A stretch of DNA of 64,000 nt, taken from Balanoglossus misakiensis. Lineage: Eukaryota; Animalia; Hemichordata. This document shows positions 1 through 14,300 of this stretch, piece by piece. Within the stretch, counting starts at the first letter, position 1; every line of letters begins with the position of its first letter. The position numbers and the translations under genes were made by a program. The notes under the pieces were generated by a model that was given only the letters and a program-made list of their open reading frames with translations, did no database searches and was not told the DNA's origin. Location of the stretch: assembly GCA_040954595.2 (NCBI GenBank), contig CM082598.2:6029097-6093096 (forward strand), written 5' to 3'.

Positions 1-865
1 GAGTCACCATATGACCAGATTATGTTACAATTTTTGGGCAACTTTCGAATGTCCTTTGATCCTTTTTTTCCATAACTTAATTGTACGTGGATATGCTTCT
101 TGTTAAAAAGCTTAACAGTCATGATTTTGTTCACATGAGTACTACCAATAGAGCTTAGAAGTCTGGTTTTTTGTTGGACACTGATCAGTTTGATATCAAA
201 TTTTGTTAGCACAATTTTGCATGACCTCTGGCTTACTTTACTATTTCTTGGCATCTACAACAGAAACAGCCTTTGCTTTCTTTTGGAACCATGCTTACCA
301 CATTGGTCCTTCCAATGCAGCATGTTGCTTTAATTGTCTTCTTCATGGTTGCCATATTGGATTTTTTGGAGATGCGTTTAACGTCAGAGTTGGAAGTTTT
401 GTTTAGTAAAGTCTGGGAAGTGACATGTCTTCAAAGTGACTGATGTTATCTGCTAAGAGCTGAATGCCCATGGGTGTTCTTTCCTAGATTTTACATTTTC
501 TTAGCACTTTATAGACCTGTGTATAACTATAATTTTAGTAATATATTCTAATTTGAGTTTAGGTAGAGTATGCATGGAATTAAAGTAATTATTCTGTAAT
601 TACGCAACCAAATATGTTGTCTAACTAATGGATATTTTGATTGTCAATTTGCACAGGCAACATTATTGAAGTAGCATTGAGAGTAGTTGATAATATAGCA
701 GAGCTTCTAACTGGAAAGAAGAGCTTAGTAAATTTATCAGCTCATAATATTCCTTTAACCAATGAACTTTATATGAATTTGCACACCTTCGTTAAAGATA
801 CAGGGATTAATGTTCAGGAAACCTTACCAGCTCTAGTACAATTTTTTGAGCCAGAAATTGAATTA

Positions 866-902
866 CCCCCCCCCCCCCCCCCCCCAAAGAAAAAAAAAAA
901 AA
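866..902 (+). repeat. poly(C)-poly(A) tract, length-variable between duplicates (C20 at 866, C12 at 4695, C19 at 10146)
   Basis: Direct reading of homopolymer runs in the three copies of the duplicated segment. Confidence 0.9.
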
Positions 903-3788
903 TCAGTAATTTCATAAAGACATAGTCAGAAAAGAAATAGAGAAAGCCAGCAAGGAAGGGAGAAAAGTGGAATACATGAAAGGCACAGTTTGCTTAAAAT
1001 ACGTGTGTTTGCAGTAAAACTGTTTGGTGCAACGGCGTCCATTTTTATGATTTATAGCCAGCCAGTCTTTCCATGCATATCATACCAAAATTTAATATGA
1101 AATTCTTGTTAATGTTAATAGTCTACAAGGATAATACAGGTAACATGTAGAAATTAAACTATCCAACTTTCTCCACTTTTGATATCTGCTCGACACAGGC
1201 AAGCAAAAGGGCCGATCTGTGACTTTGACTTGAATGATGGCAATTTTTGCTGTCCAGAAGTAACTGTATAAAATTTTTTTGGTAGTAATATCATCTATAT
1301 GATTGCTAAAATACACAAGAATTTAAATATTTCCACTTACTACAGTGATTGAACTGATTTTCAGCAAATTGCAGTGTATAAACAAATATTGCCATCTAAT
1401 GAAATGTCAACCCAATATGGCCGCCCATTTGCAATGGTAAAATGCTAGGTTTACCATATTTGAGCACCTGGGAATTAAATTATAATCCAGATATCAAAAA
1501 CATAAGTCACTATCTGTATCTGCAAATATATTGTAATATAATCTGAAATTTTCGTGAAAATTAGATCAAACATGATTCAGACACGGAACATCAAACATTG
1601 CAAATTTTCATATTTTACCATGGTGCCATGCAAAAATATAGAGATTTTTTTTTACAAGTTTAGATGATCTCCTGTAAAACTGAAAGAAGTAATCTTCTGT
1701 GAATCTTGCATTTTTATGTTGGAACCATGCTAACCACTTTGGTCCCTCCAATGCTGCTTTTAGTAAATGTTTTAATTGTCTTCTTCATGGCGGCCATATT
1801 GAATTTTCGGATAACCTTTAAAAGTTGACATTTTTTTCTAAAACTACAGGGCCAATCAAGTTCTAATTTACTGTGCGGTTCAATGTTTGACAATAATGTC
1901 ATTAGTGGTCATGTGGCTTTGGATTTTTGAAAAATATCATAAAAAAATTTCAAAAATCTATTTCTAATCAAGTTTTCAAGTAAATTGTGATTAGGTAAAC
2001 CTTATTAGAGCCAAATTGGATTTTCTGATCTCCGATAAAAGACTAAAATTTCCTATTTCTAGCCTGCTCATTGAAACCACACAAATTCTTTTTATGGATA
2101 TGAGTCACCATATGACCAGAATATGTCACAAGTATTAGAATACTTTCACATGTTCTTTGATCAAGTTTTTACAGAACTTGATTAAACAATTTGTTTGCGA
2201 CTCTCGCATGTCCTTTGATCCAGTAATTCCAGAACTTATTTTATGTGGATATGCCTCTTGTTAAAAAGCACAACAGTCATGATTTTGTTCACATGAGTAC
2301 TACTGCTGCCAGGACATAACCCAAATCTTTTGATAATTTTGGCAATGACCTTTGATCTACTATCCCATGCCTTGGAATGTACAGCAGATACAGCCTTCAA
2401 ATTTGTTGGACTGGAACACCTAATGAAGTATTAAACTTTAACACAATAATTATGTACATAAGCTATTTCAAGTAAACAAATAGAGCTTAGAAGTCTGGTC
2501 TTTGTTGGACAATAATTTTGTACATAAGCTATTTCAAGTAAACAAATAGAGCTTAGAAGTCTGGTTTGTGTTGGACACTGATCAGTTTAAGATCAAAAAT
2601 TTGTGTCACAATTTTGCGTGACCTCTGGCTTACTTTAACATTTCTTGGCATCCACAACAAAACAGCCTTTGCTTTCTGTTGGAACCATGCTAACCGCTTG
2701 GGCCCGTCCCATTTCTTCTTAATGGCGGCCATATTGGATATTCTGATAACCCTTAAAAATTGACATCTTTTCAACAACTACAAGGCAAATCAAGTTCTTA
2801 TTTACTGTGCGGTTCAATGTTTGACAATAATATCATTAGTTGTCATGTCACCTTGGTTGTCATATTGGATTTTTGAAAAATTTCATGAAAAATTTCACAA
2901 ATCTTTTTCTAATCACATTTTCAAGTGAATTGTGATTGGTTTAACCTAATTAAAGCCAAATCAGATTTTCTAAACACACAATTTAAAAAAAATCCTATTT
3001 CTAGTCTACACAAATCCTTTAAATAGATACGAGTCACCATATGACCAGATTATGTTACAATTTTTGGACAACTTTCGAATGTCCTTTGATCCTTTTTTTC
3101 CATAACTTAATTGTACGTGGATATGCTTCTTGTTAAAAAGCTTAACAGTCATGATTTTGTTCACATGAGTACTACCAATAGAGCTTAGAAGTCTGGTTTT
3201 TTGTTGGACACTGATCAGTTTGATACCAAATTTTGTTAGCACAATTTTGCATGACCTCTGGCTTACTTTACTATTTCTTGGCATCCACAACAGAAACAGC
3301 CTTTGCTTTCTTTTGGAACCATGCTTACCACATTGGTCCCTCCAATGCAGCATGTTGCTTTAATTGTCTTCTTCATGGTTGCCATATTGGATTTTTTGGA
3401 GATGCGTTTAACGTCAGAGTTGGAAGTTTTGTTTAGTAAAGTCTGGGAAGTGACATGTCTTCAAAGTGACTGATGTTATCTGCTAAGAGCTGAATGCCCA
3501 TGGGTGTTCTTTCCTAGATTTTACATTTTCTTAGCATTTTATAGACCTGTGTATAACTATAATTTTAGTAATATATTCTAATTTGAGTTTAGGTAGAGTA
3601 TGCATGGAATTAAAGTAATTATTCTGTAATTACGCAACCAAATATGTTGTCTAACTAATGGATATTTTGATTGTCAATTTGCACAGGCAACATTATTGAA
3701 GTAGCATTGGGAGTAGTTGATAATATAGCAGAGCTTCTAACTGGAAAGAAGAGCTTAGTAAATTTATCAGCTCATAATATTCCTTTAA

Positions 3789-4583
3789 GATGGGTCCCTA
3801 GGATCTTTTTGCTCGTTGCTATGGGCCTTTATAGGACACTACACTCAATTTTGATCGAAACCGTTATGAACGTCCGACAAGGGGCTTGTAACTAGTTAAA
3901 AATACACACGATTGTGTGCACACCCCCTGTCTGAGTATGTTTACGGCAGCTACCGCCCGGCCATAGGCCGCCACGCTAATACGGCAAAGCAGCGGTCAGC
4001 GATAGCGTGCGCGTCCTGTAACCACAGTAACTGGATCGAACGCTAACAATCCAATGTTTTGTACACAGAGATTTTGTACCGTTCACGAAAATCCCTAAGG
4101 CTTTTTTCACAGGCGACGTAGGCCAGCCAAATTTGACCTGCTTGTTGGGAACGCACTTCCGCATAGTGTGACGGATCGTTTTTTCGGTTTTCGTCGTGCT
4201 AAGAAGCGATACCAGTGGAAGAGTGCGTCCAAAAACACCCAAAATCGATGACTTTTTCAGGTGTGGTACGGGTATGCTGAAATCGTAGGATACAACGATA
4301 ATATTCGAAAACAAAATCCGTCACGATCTTCCCTGGTTCAAGCAACTAATGAATACGTATCAAGTTCGTTTTTGAGGTCACGGAATAAAAAGCCTTAGGC
4401 TTTTGAAATTTGACCTAACTAATTTGCATATCAATGGCGTCAGGGGGAGCGCGCTCACAATCGTGCAGATTTTCAACTAGTTACCAGCCCCTTGTTAGAC
4501 TCTGAAAACGGCTTAGTCCAAATCGGGGTGTAATGTCCTATAAAGGCCCATAGCAACGGGCAAAAAGATCCTAGGGACCCATC
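3789..4583. mobile_element. 795-bp non-autonomous DNA transposon (MITE), TTAA TSD, Kolobok-like, copy 1
   Basis: TTAA at 3785-3788 and 4584-4587. TIR GATGGGTCCCTAGGATCTTTTTGC(T/C)CGTTGCTATGGGCCTTTATAGGACA is near-perfect over ~50 bp and imperfect to ~130 bp. Empty sites (TCCTTTAACCAATG) are visible in paralogous copies at 751 and 10031. RR..YY termini with a TTAA TSD fit Kolobok rather than piggyBac. Confidence 0.92.
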
Positions 4584-6887
4584 TTAACCAATGAACTTTA
4601 TATGAACTTGCACACCTGCGTTAAAGATACAGGGATTAATGTTCAGGAAACCTTACCAGCTCTAGTACAATTTTTTGAGCCAGAAATTGAATTACCCCCC
4701 CCCCCCAAAGAAAAAAAAAAGTCAGTAATTTCATAAAGACATAGTCAGAAAAGAAATAGAGAAAGCCAGCAAGGAAGGGAGAAAAGTGGAATACATGAAA
4801 GACACAGTTTGCTTAAAATACGTGTGTTTGCAGTAAAACTGTATGGTGCAACGGCGTCCATTTTTATGATTTATAGCCAGCCAGTCTTCCCATGCATATC
4901 ATACCAAAATTTAATATGAAATTCTTGTTAATGTTAATAGTCTACAAGGGTAGTACAGGTAACATGTAGAAATTAAACTATCCAACTTTCTCCACTTTTG
5001 ATATCTGCTCGACACAGGCAAGCAAAAGGGCCGATCTGTGACTTTGACTTGAATGATGGCAATTTTTGCTGTCCAGAAGTAACTGTATAAACTTTTTTTG
5101 GTAGTAATATCATCTTTATGATTGCTAAAATACACAAGAATTTAAATATTTCCACTTACTACAGTGATTGAACTGATTTTCAGCAAATTGCAGTGTATAA
5201 ACAAATATTGCCATCTAATGAAATGTCAACCCAATATGGCCGCCCATTTGCAATGGTAAAATGCTAGGTTTACCATATTTGAGCACCTGGGAATTAAATT
5301 ATAATCCAGATATCAAAAACATAAGTCACTATCTGTATCTGCAAATATATTGTAATATAATCTGAAAATTTCGTGAAAATTAGATCAAACATGATTGAGA
5401 CACGGAACATCAAACATTGCAAATTTTCATATTTTACCATGGTGCCATGCAAAAATATAGAGATTTTTTTTACAAGTTTAGATGATCTCCTGTAAAACTG
5501 AAAGAAGTAATCTTCTGTGAATCTTGCATTTTTATGTTGGAACCATGCTAACCACTTTGGTCCCTCCAATGCTGCTTTTAGTAAATGTTTTAATTGTCTT
5601 CTTCATGGCGGCCATATTGAATTTTCGGATAACCTTTAAAAGTTGACATTTTTTCCTAAAACTACAGGGCCAATCAAGTTCCAATTTACTGTGCGGTTCA
5701 ATGTTTGACAATAATATCATTAGTGGTCATGTGGCTTTGGATTTTTGAAAAATATCATAAAAAAATTTCAAAAATCTATTTCTAATCAAGTTTTCAAGTA
5801 AATTGTGATTAGGTAAACCTTATTAGAGCCAAATTGGATTTTCTGATCTCCGATAAAAGACTAAAATTTCCTATTTCTAGCCTGCTCATTGAAACCACAC
5901 GAATTCTTTTTATGGATATGAGTCACCATATGACCAGAATATGTCACAAGTATTAGAATACTTTCACATGTTCTTTGATCAAGTTTTTACAGAACTTGAT
6001 TAAACAATTTGTTTGCGACTCTCGCATGTCCTTTGATCCAGTAATTCCAGAACTTATTTTATGTGGATATGCCTCTTGTTAAAAAGCACAACAGTCATGA
6101 TTTTGTTCACATGAGTACTACTGCTGCCAGGACATAACCCAAATCTTTTGATAATTTTGGCAATGACCTTTGATCTACTATCCCATGCCTTGGAATGTAC
6201 AGCAGATACAGCCTTCAAATTTGTTGGACTGGAACACCTAATGAAGTATTAAACTGTAACACAATAATTTTGTACATAAGCTATTTCAAGTAAACAAATA
6301 GAGCTTAGAAGTGTGGTTTGTGTTGGACACTGATCAGTTTAAGATCAAAAATTTGTGAGACAATTTTGCGTGACCTCTGGCTTACTTTAACATTTCTTGG
6401 CATCCACAACAAAACAGCCTTTGCTTTCTGTTGGAACCATGCTAACCGCTTGGGCCCGTCCCATTTCTTCTTAATGGCGGCCGTATTGGATATTCTGATA
6501 ACCCTTAAAAATTGACATCTTTTCAACAACTACAAGGCAAATCAAGTTCAAATTTACTGTGCGGTTCAATGTTTGACAATAGTATCATTAGTGGTCATGT
6601 CACCTTGGTTGTCATATTGGATTTTTGAAAAATCTCATGAAAAATTTCACAAATCTTTTTCTAATCAAGTTTTCAAGTGAATTGTAATTGGTTTAACCTC
6701 ATTAAAGCCAAATCAGATTTTCTAAACACACAATTTAAAAAAATCCTATTTCTAGCCTACACAAATCCTTTAAATAGATACGAGTCACCATATGACCAGA
6801 TTATGTTACAATTGTTGGGCAACTTTCAAATGTCCTTTGATCCATTTTTTCCAGAACTTAATTGTATGTTGTTTTGCTTCTTGTTAA

Positions 6888-7682
6888 GATGGGTCCCTAG
6901 GATCTTTTTGCCCGTTGCTATGGGCCTTTATAGGACATTACACCCCGATTTGGACTAAGCCGTTTTCAGAGTCTAACAAGGGGCTGGTAACTAGTTAAAA
7001 ATACGCACGATTGTGAGCGCGCGCCCCCTGACGCCATTGATATGCAAATTAGTTAGGTCAAATTTCAAAAGCCTAAGGCTTTTTATTCCGTGACCTCAAA
7101 AACGAACTTGATACGTATTCATTAGTTGCTTGAACCAGGGAAGATCGTGACGGATTTTGTTTTCGAATATTATCGTTGTATCCTACGATTTCAGCATACC
7201 CGTACCACACCTGAAAAAGTCATCGATTTTGGGTGTTTTTGGACGCACTCTTCCACTGGTATCGCTTCTTAGCACGACGAAAACCGAAAAAACGATCCGT
7301 CACACTATGCGGAAGTGCGTTCTCAACAAGCAGGTCAAATTTGGCTGGCCAACGTCGCCTGTGAAAAAAGCCTTAGGGATTTTCGTGAACGGTACAAAAT
7401 CTCTGTGTACAAAACATTGGATTTTTAGCGTTCGATCCAGTTACTGTGGTTACAGGACGCGCACGCTATCGCTGACCGCTGCTTTGCCGTATTAGCGTGG
7501 CGGCCTATGGCCGGGCGGTAGCTGCCGTAAACATACTCAGACAGGGGGTGTGCACACAATCGTGTGTATTTTTAACTAGTTACAAGCCCCTTGTCGGACG
7601 TTCATAACGGTTTCGATCAAAATTGAGTGTAGTGTCCTATAAAGGCCCATAGCAACGAGCAAAAAGATCCTAGGGACCCATC
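6888..7682. mobile_element. 795-bp Kolobok-like MITE, copy 2, inverted relative to copy 1
   Basis: TTAA at 6884-6887 and 7683-7686. It is the reverse complement of 3789-4583 with a few substitutions. Empty site CTTGTTAAAAGGC at ~12408-12420. Confidence 0.92.
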
Positions 7683-10600
7683 TTAAAAGGCACAACAGTC
7701 ATGATTTTGTTCACATGAGTACTACTGCTGCCAGGACATAACCCAAATCTTTTGATAATTTTGGCAATGACCTTTGATCTACTATCCCATGCCTTGGCAT
7801 GTACAGCAGATACAGCCTTCAAATTTGGTGGACTGGAACACCTAATGAAGTATTAAACTTTCACACATAATTATGTACATAAGCTATTTCAAATTAACCA
7901 AAATAGCTTAGAAGTCTGTTTTCTGTTGGACAAAGCTCAGTTTGATATCAAAATTTGTTGGCCCAAATTTGCATGACCTCTGGCTTACTTACCATTTCTC
8001 AGCATCCATAACGGATACAGCCTTTGCTTTCTGTTGGAACCATGCTAACCACGTTGGTCCCTCCAATGCTGCTTTTAGTAAATGTTTTAATTGTCTTCTT
8101 CATGGCGGCCATATTGAATTTTCGGATAACCTTTAAAAGTTGACTTTTTTTTTCAAAAACTGCAGGGCCAATCAAGTTCTAATTTACTGTGCGGTTCAAT
8201 GTTTGACAATAATGTCATTAGTGGTCATGTGGCTTTGGATTTTTGAAAAAATATCATAAAAAAATTTCAAAAATCTATTTCTAATCAAGTTTTCAAGTAA
8301 ATTGTGATTGGGTAAACCTTATTAGAGCCAAATTGGATTTTCTGATCTCCGATAAAAGACTAAAATTTCCTATTTCTAGCCTGCTCATTGAAACCACACA
8401 AATTCTTTTTATGGATATGAGTCACCATATGACCAGAATATGTCACAAGTATTAGAATACTTTCACATGTTCTTTGATCAAGTTTTTACAGAACTTGATT
8501 AAACAATTTGTTTGCGACTCTCGCATGTCCTTTGATCCAGTAATTCCAGAACTTATTTTATGTGGAATTGCCTCTTGTTAAAAAGCACAACAGTCATGAT
8601 TTTGTTCACATGAGTACTACTACTGCCAGGACATAACCCAAATATTTCGATAATTTTGGCAATGACCTTTGATCTTCTATCCCATGCCTTGGCATGTACA
8701 GCAGATACAGCCTTCAAATTTGGTGGACTGGAACACCTAATGAAGTATTAAACTTTAACACAATAATTTTGTACATAAGCTATTTCAAGTAAACAAATAG
8801 AGCTTAGAAGTCTGTTTTCTGTTGGACACAGCTCAGTTTGATATCAAAATTTGTTAGCACAAATTTGCGTGACCTCTCGCTTACTTACCATTTCTCAGCA
8901 TCCATAACAGATACAGCCTTTGCTTTCTCTTGGAACCATGCTAACCGCTTGGGCCCGTCCCATTTCTTCTTAATGGCGGCCATATTGGATATTCTGATAA
9001 CCCTTAAAAATTGACATCTTTTCAACAACTACAAGGCAAATCAAGTTCTTATTTACTGTGCGGTTCAATGTTTGACAATAATATCATTAGTTGTCATGTC
9101 ACCTTGGTTGTCATATTGGATTTTTGAAAAATTTCATGAAAAATTTCACAAATCCTTTTCTAATCACATTTTCAAGTGAATTGTGATTGGTTTAACCTAA
9201 TTAAAGCCAAATCAGATTTTCTAAACACACAATTTAAAAAAATCCTATTTCTAGTCTACACAAATCCTTTAAATAGATACGAGTCACCATATGACCAGAT
9301 TATGTTACAATTTTTGGGCAACTTTCGAATGTCCTTTGATCCTTTTTTTCCATAACTTAATTGTACGTGGATATGCTTCTTGTTAAAAAGCTTAACAGTC
9401 ATGATTTTGTTCACATGAGTACTACCAATAGAGCTTAGAAGTCTGGTTTTTTGTTGGACACTGATCAGTTTGATATCAAATTTTGTTAGCACAATTTTGC
9501 ATGACCTCTGGCTTACTTTACTATTTCTTGGCATCCACAACAGAAACAGCCTTTGCTTTCTTTTGGAACCATGCTTACCACATTGGTCCCTCCAATGCAG
9601 CATGTTGCTTTAATTGTCTTCTTCATGGTTGCCATATTGGATTTTTTGGAGATGCGTTTAACGTCAGAGTTGGAAGTTTTGTTTAGTAAAGTCTGGGAAG
9701 TGACATGTCTTCAAAGTGACTGATGTTATCTGCTAAGAGCTGAATGCCCATGGGTGTTCTTTCCTAGATTTTACATTTTCTTAGCATTTTATAGACCTGT
9801 GTATAACTATAATTTTAGTAATATATTCTAATTTGAGTTTAGGTAGAGTATGCATGGAATTAAAGTAATTATTCTGTAATTACGCAACCAAATATGTTGT
9901 CTAACTAATGGATATTTTGATTGTCAATTTGCACAGGCAACATTATTGAAGTAGCATTGAGAGTAGTTGATAATATAGCAGAGCTTCTAACTGGAAAGAA
10001 GAGCTTAGTAAATTTATCAGCTCATAATATTCCTTTAACCAATGAACTTTATATGAACTTGCACACCTGCGTTAAAGATACAGGGATTAATGTTCAGGAA
10101 ACCTTACCAGCTCTAGTACAATTTTTTGAGCCAGAAATTGAATTACCCCCCCCCCCCCCCCCCCAAAGAAAAAAAAAAAAAAATCAGTAATTTCATAAAG
10201 ACATAGTCAGAAAAGAAATAGAGAAAGCCAGCAAGGAAGGGAGAAAAGTGGAATACATAAAAGACACAGTTTGCTTAAAATACGTGTGTTTGCAGTAAAA
10301 CTGTATGGTGCAACGGCGTCCATTTTTATGATTTATAGCCAGCCAGTCTTTCCATGCATATCATACCAAAATTTAATATGAAATTCTTGTTAATGTTAAT
10401 AGTCTACAAGGGTAGTACAGGTAACATGTAGAAATTAAACTATCCAACTTTCTCCACTTTTGATATCTGCTCGACACAGGCAAGCAAAAGGGCCGATCTG
10501 TGACTTTGACTTGAATGATGGCAATTTTTGCTGTCCAGAAGTAACTGTATAAACTTTTTTTGGTAGTAATATCATCTTTATGATTGCTAAAATACACAAG

Positions 10601-13600
10601 AATTTAATTATTTCCACTTACTACAGTGATTGAACTGATTTTCAGCAAATTGCAGTGTATAAACAAATATTGCCATCTAATGAAATGTCAACCCAATATG
10701 GCCGCCCATTTGCAATGGTAAAATGCTAGGTTTACCATATTTGAGCACCTGGGAATTAAATTATAATCCAGATATCAAAAACATAAGTCACTATCTGTAT
10801 CTGCAAATATATTGTAATATAATCTGAAAATTTCGTGAAAATTAGATCAAACATGATTGAGACACGGAACATCAAATATTGCAAATTTTCATATTTTACC
10901 ATGGTGCCATGCAAAAATATAGAGATTTTTTTTACAAGTTTAGATGATCTCCCGTAAAACTGAAAGAAGTAATCTTCTGTGAATCTTGCATTTTTATGTT
11001 GGAACCATGCTAACCACTTTGGTCCCTCCAATGCTGCTTTTAGTAAATGTTTTAATTGTCTTCTTCATGGCGGCCATATTGAATTTTCGGATAACCTTTA
11101 AAAGTTGACATTTTTTCCTAAAACTACAGGGCCAATCAAGTTCTAATTTACTGTGCGGTTCAATGTTTGACAATAATATCATTAGTGGTCATGTGGCTTT
11201 GGATTTTTGAAAAATATCATAAAAAAATTTCAAAAATCTATTTCTAATCAAGTTTTCAAGTAAATTGTGATTAGGTAAACCTTATTAGAGCCAAATTGGA
11301 TTTTCTGATCTCCGATAAAAGACTAAAATTTCCTATTTCTAGCCTGCTCATTGAAACCACACAAATTCTTTTTATGGATATGAGTCACCATATGACCAGA
11401 ATATGTCACAAGTATTAGAATACTTTCACATGTTCTTTGATCAAGTTTTTACAGAACTTGATTAAACAATTTGTTTGCGACTCTCGCATGTCCTTTGATC
11501 CAGTAATTCCAGAACTTATTTTATGTGGATATGCCTCTTGTTAAAAAGCACAACAGTCATGATTTTGTTCACATGAGTACTACTGCTGCCAGGACATAAC
11601 CCAAATCTTTTGATAATTTTGGCAATGACCTTTGATCTACTATCCCATGCCTTGGCATGTACAGCAGATACAGCCTTCAAATTTGTTGGACTGGAACACC
11701 TAATGAAGTATTAAACTGTAACACAATAATTTTGTACATAAGCTATTTCAAGTAAACAAATAGAGCTTAGAAGTCTGGTTTTTGTTGGACAATAATTTTG
11801 TACATAAGCTATTTCAAGTAAACAAATAGAGCTTAGAAGTCTGGTTTGTGTTGGACACTGATCAGTTTAAGATCAAAAATTTGTGTCACAATTTTGCGTG
11901 ACCTCTGGCTTACTTTAACATTTCTTGGCATGCACAACAAAACAGCCTTTGCTTTCTGTTGGAACCATGCTAACCGCTTGGGCCCGTCCCATTTCTTCTT
12001 AATGGCGGCCATATTGGATATTCTGATAACCCTTAAAAATTGACATCTTTTCAACAACTACAAGGCAAATCAAGTTCAAATTTACTGTGCGGTTCAATGT
12101 TTGACAATAGTATCATTAGTGGTCATGTCACCTTGGTTGTCATATTGGATTTTTGAAAAATCTCATGAAAAATTTCACAAATCTTTTTCTAATCAAGTTT
12201 TCAAGTGAATTGTAATTGGTTTAACCTCATTAAAGCCAAATCAGATTTTCTAAACACACAATTTAAAAAAATCCTATTTCTAGCCTACACAAATCCTTTA
12301 AATAGATACGAGTCACCATATGACCAGATTATGTTACAATTGTTGGGCAACTTTCAAATGTCCTTTGATCCATTTTTTCCAGAACTTAATTGTATGTTGT
12401 TTTGCTTCTTGTTAAAAGGCACAACAGTCATGATTTTGTTCACATGAGTACTACTGCTGCCAGGACATAACCCAAATCTTTTGATAATTTTGGCAATGAC
12501 CTTTGATCTACTATCCCATGCCTTGGCATGTACAGCAGATACAGCCTTCAAATTTGGTGGACTGGAACACCTAATGAAGTATTAAACTTTCACACATAAT
12601 TATGTACATAAGCTATTTCAAATTAACCAAAATAGCTTAGAAGTCTGTTTTCTGTTGGACACAGCTCAGTTTGATATCAAAATTTGTTGGCCCAAATTTG
12701 CATGACCTCTGGCTTACTTACCATTTCTCAGCATCCATAACGGATACAGCCTTTGCTTTCTGTTGGAACCATACTAACCACGTTGGTCCCGCCAATGCTG
12801 CTTTTAGTTGTAATTGTCTTGTTCATGGCGGCCATATTGGATTTTCGGATAACCTTTAAAAGGTGACATTTTTTTTCAAAAACTACAGGGCCAATCAAGA
12901 TCAAATTGACTGTGCGGTTCAATGTTTGACAATAATATCGTTAGTGGTCATGTGGCTTTGGAATTTTGAAAAATAGAATAAAAAAATTGGAAAACATTTA
13001 TTTCTAATCAAGTTTTCAAGTAAAATGTGATTGGGTAAACCTTATTGGAGCCAAATTGGATTTTCTGATCTCCGATAAAAGACTAAAATTTCCTATTTCT
13101 AGCGTGCTCATTGAAACCACACAAATTCTTTTTATGGATATCACCGTAGGACCAGAATATATCATAATTATTAGACTACTTCCACATGTTCTTTGATCCA
13201 CTAATTCCAGAACTTATTTTATGTGGATATGCCTCTTGTTAAAAAGCACAACAGTCATGATTTTGTTCACATGAGTACTACTGCTGCCAGGACACAACCC
13301 AAATCTTTTGATAATTTTGGCAATGACCTTTGATCTACTATCCCATGCCTTGGCATGTACAGCAGATACAGCCTTCAAATTTGGTGGACTGGAACACCTA
13401 ATGAAGTATTAAACTTTTACACAATAATTTTGTACATAATCTAATTTAAGTTAACCAATAGAGCTTAGAAATCTGGATTTTGTTAGACACTGATCAGTTT
13501 GATATCAAAATTTGTTGGCACAATTTTGCATGACATCTGGCTTACTTTACCATTTCTCGGCATCTGCTACAGATACAGCCTTTGCTTTCTGTTGGAACCA

Positions 13601-14300
13601 TGCTAACCACATTCGTCCCTCCAATGCTGCTTTTAGCTTTGTCTTCGTCATGGCGGCCATATTGGATTTTCTGATAACCTTTAAAAGTTGACTTTTTTCA
13701 AAAATTACAAGGCCAATAAAGTTCTAATTTACTGTGCGGTTCCAATTTTTTCAATAATAATGTTAGTGGTCATGTGACTTTGGATTTATTATGGATTTTT
13801 GAAAAATCTCGTTAAAAATGTCAAAAATCTTTTTCTACTTAAGTTTTCAAGTGAATTGTGATTGGTTCAACCTTATTGGATAAAACTTTTGTATGGATAC
13901 GAGTCGCCATATGACCAGAATACATGTTTTTGATCCAGTTTTCTCAGAACTTGATTATACAAAATTTTGACAACTACACATTTCCTTTGATCCAGTGTTT
14001 TCTGAACTTAATTGTACGTGGATACGATTCTTGTTAAAAAGCACAACAGTCATGATTTTGTTTACATGAGTACTACTGCTGCCGGAACATAACCTAATTT
14101 TTTGATAATTTTGGCAATGACCTTTGATCTACTTTCCCATAACCTGGCATGCACAGCAGATGCATGTTTCAAATTTAGAGGACTGGAACACCTAATGAAG
14201 TACTTTACCATTTCTTGGCATCCACAACAGATACAGCCTTTGCTTTCTTTTGAAACCATGCTAACCAGTTTAGCCCCTGCAATGCTGCTTGTAAGTTTAA

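Larger units (their letters stand above)
1..12310 (+). repeat. Recent ~3.03-kb higher-order duplications (copies start at 1, 3031, 9281)
   Basis: GAGTCACCATATGACCAGATTATGTTACAA at 1, 3031 and 9281. ORF-track artefacts recur at +3030 and +9280 (203/3233/9483; 641/3671/9921; 2553/11833). Confidence 0.95.

Noticed and set aside
3976-4314. 112-aa ORF inside the 795-bp MITE (also 7157-7495) as a transposase
   Set aside because: TTG start, too short, and no DDE/THAP/H2CH motif. Conservation between copies reflects recent transposition only.
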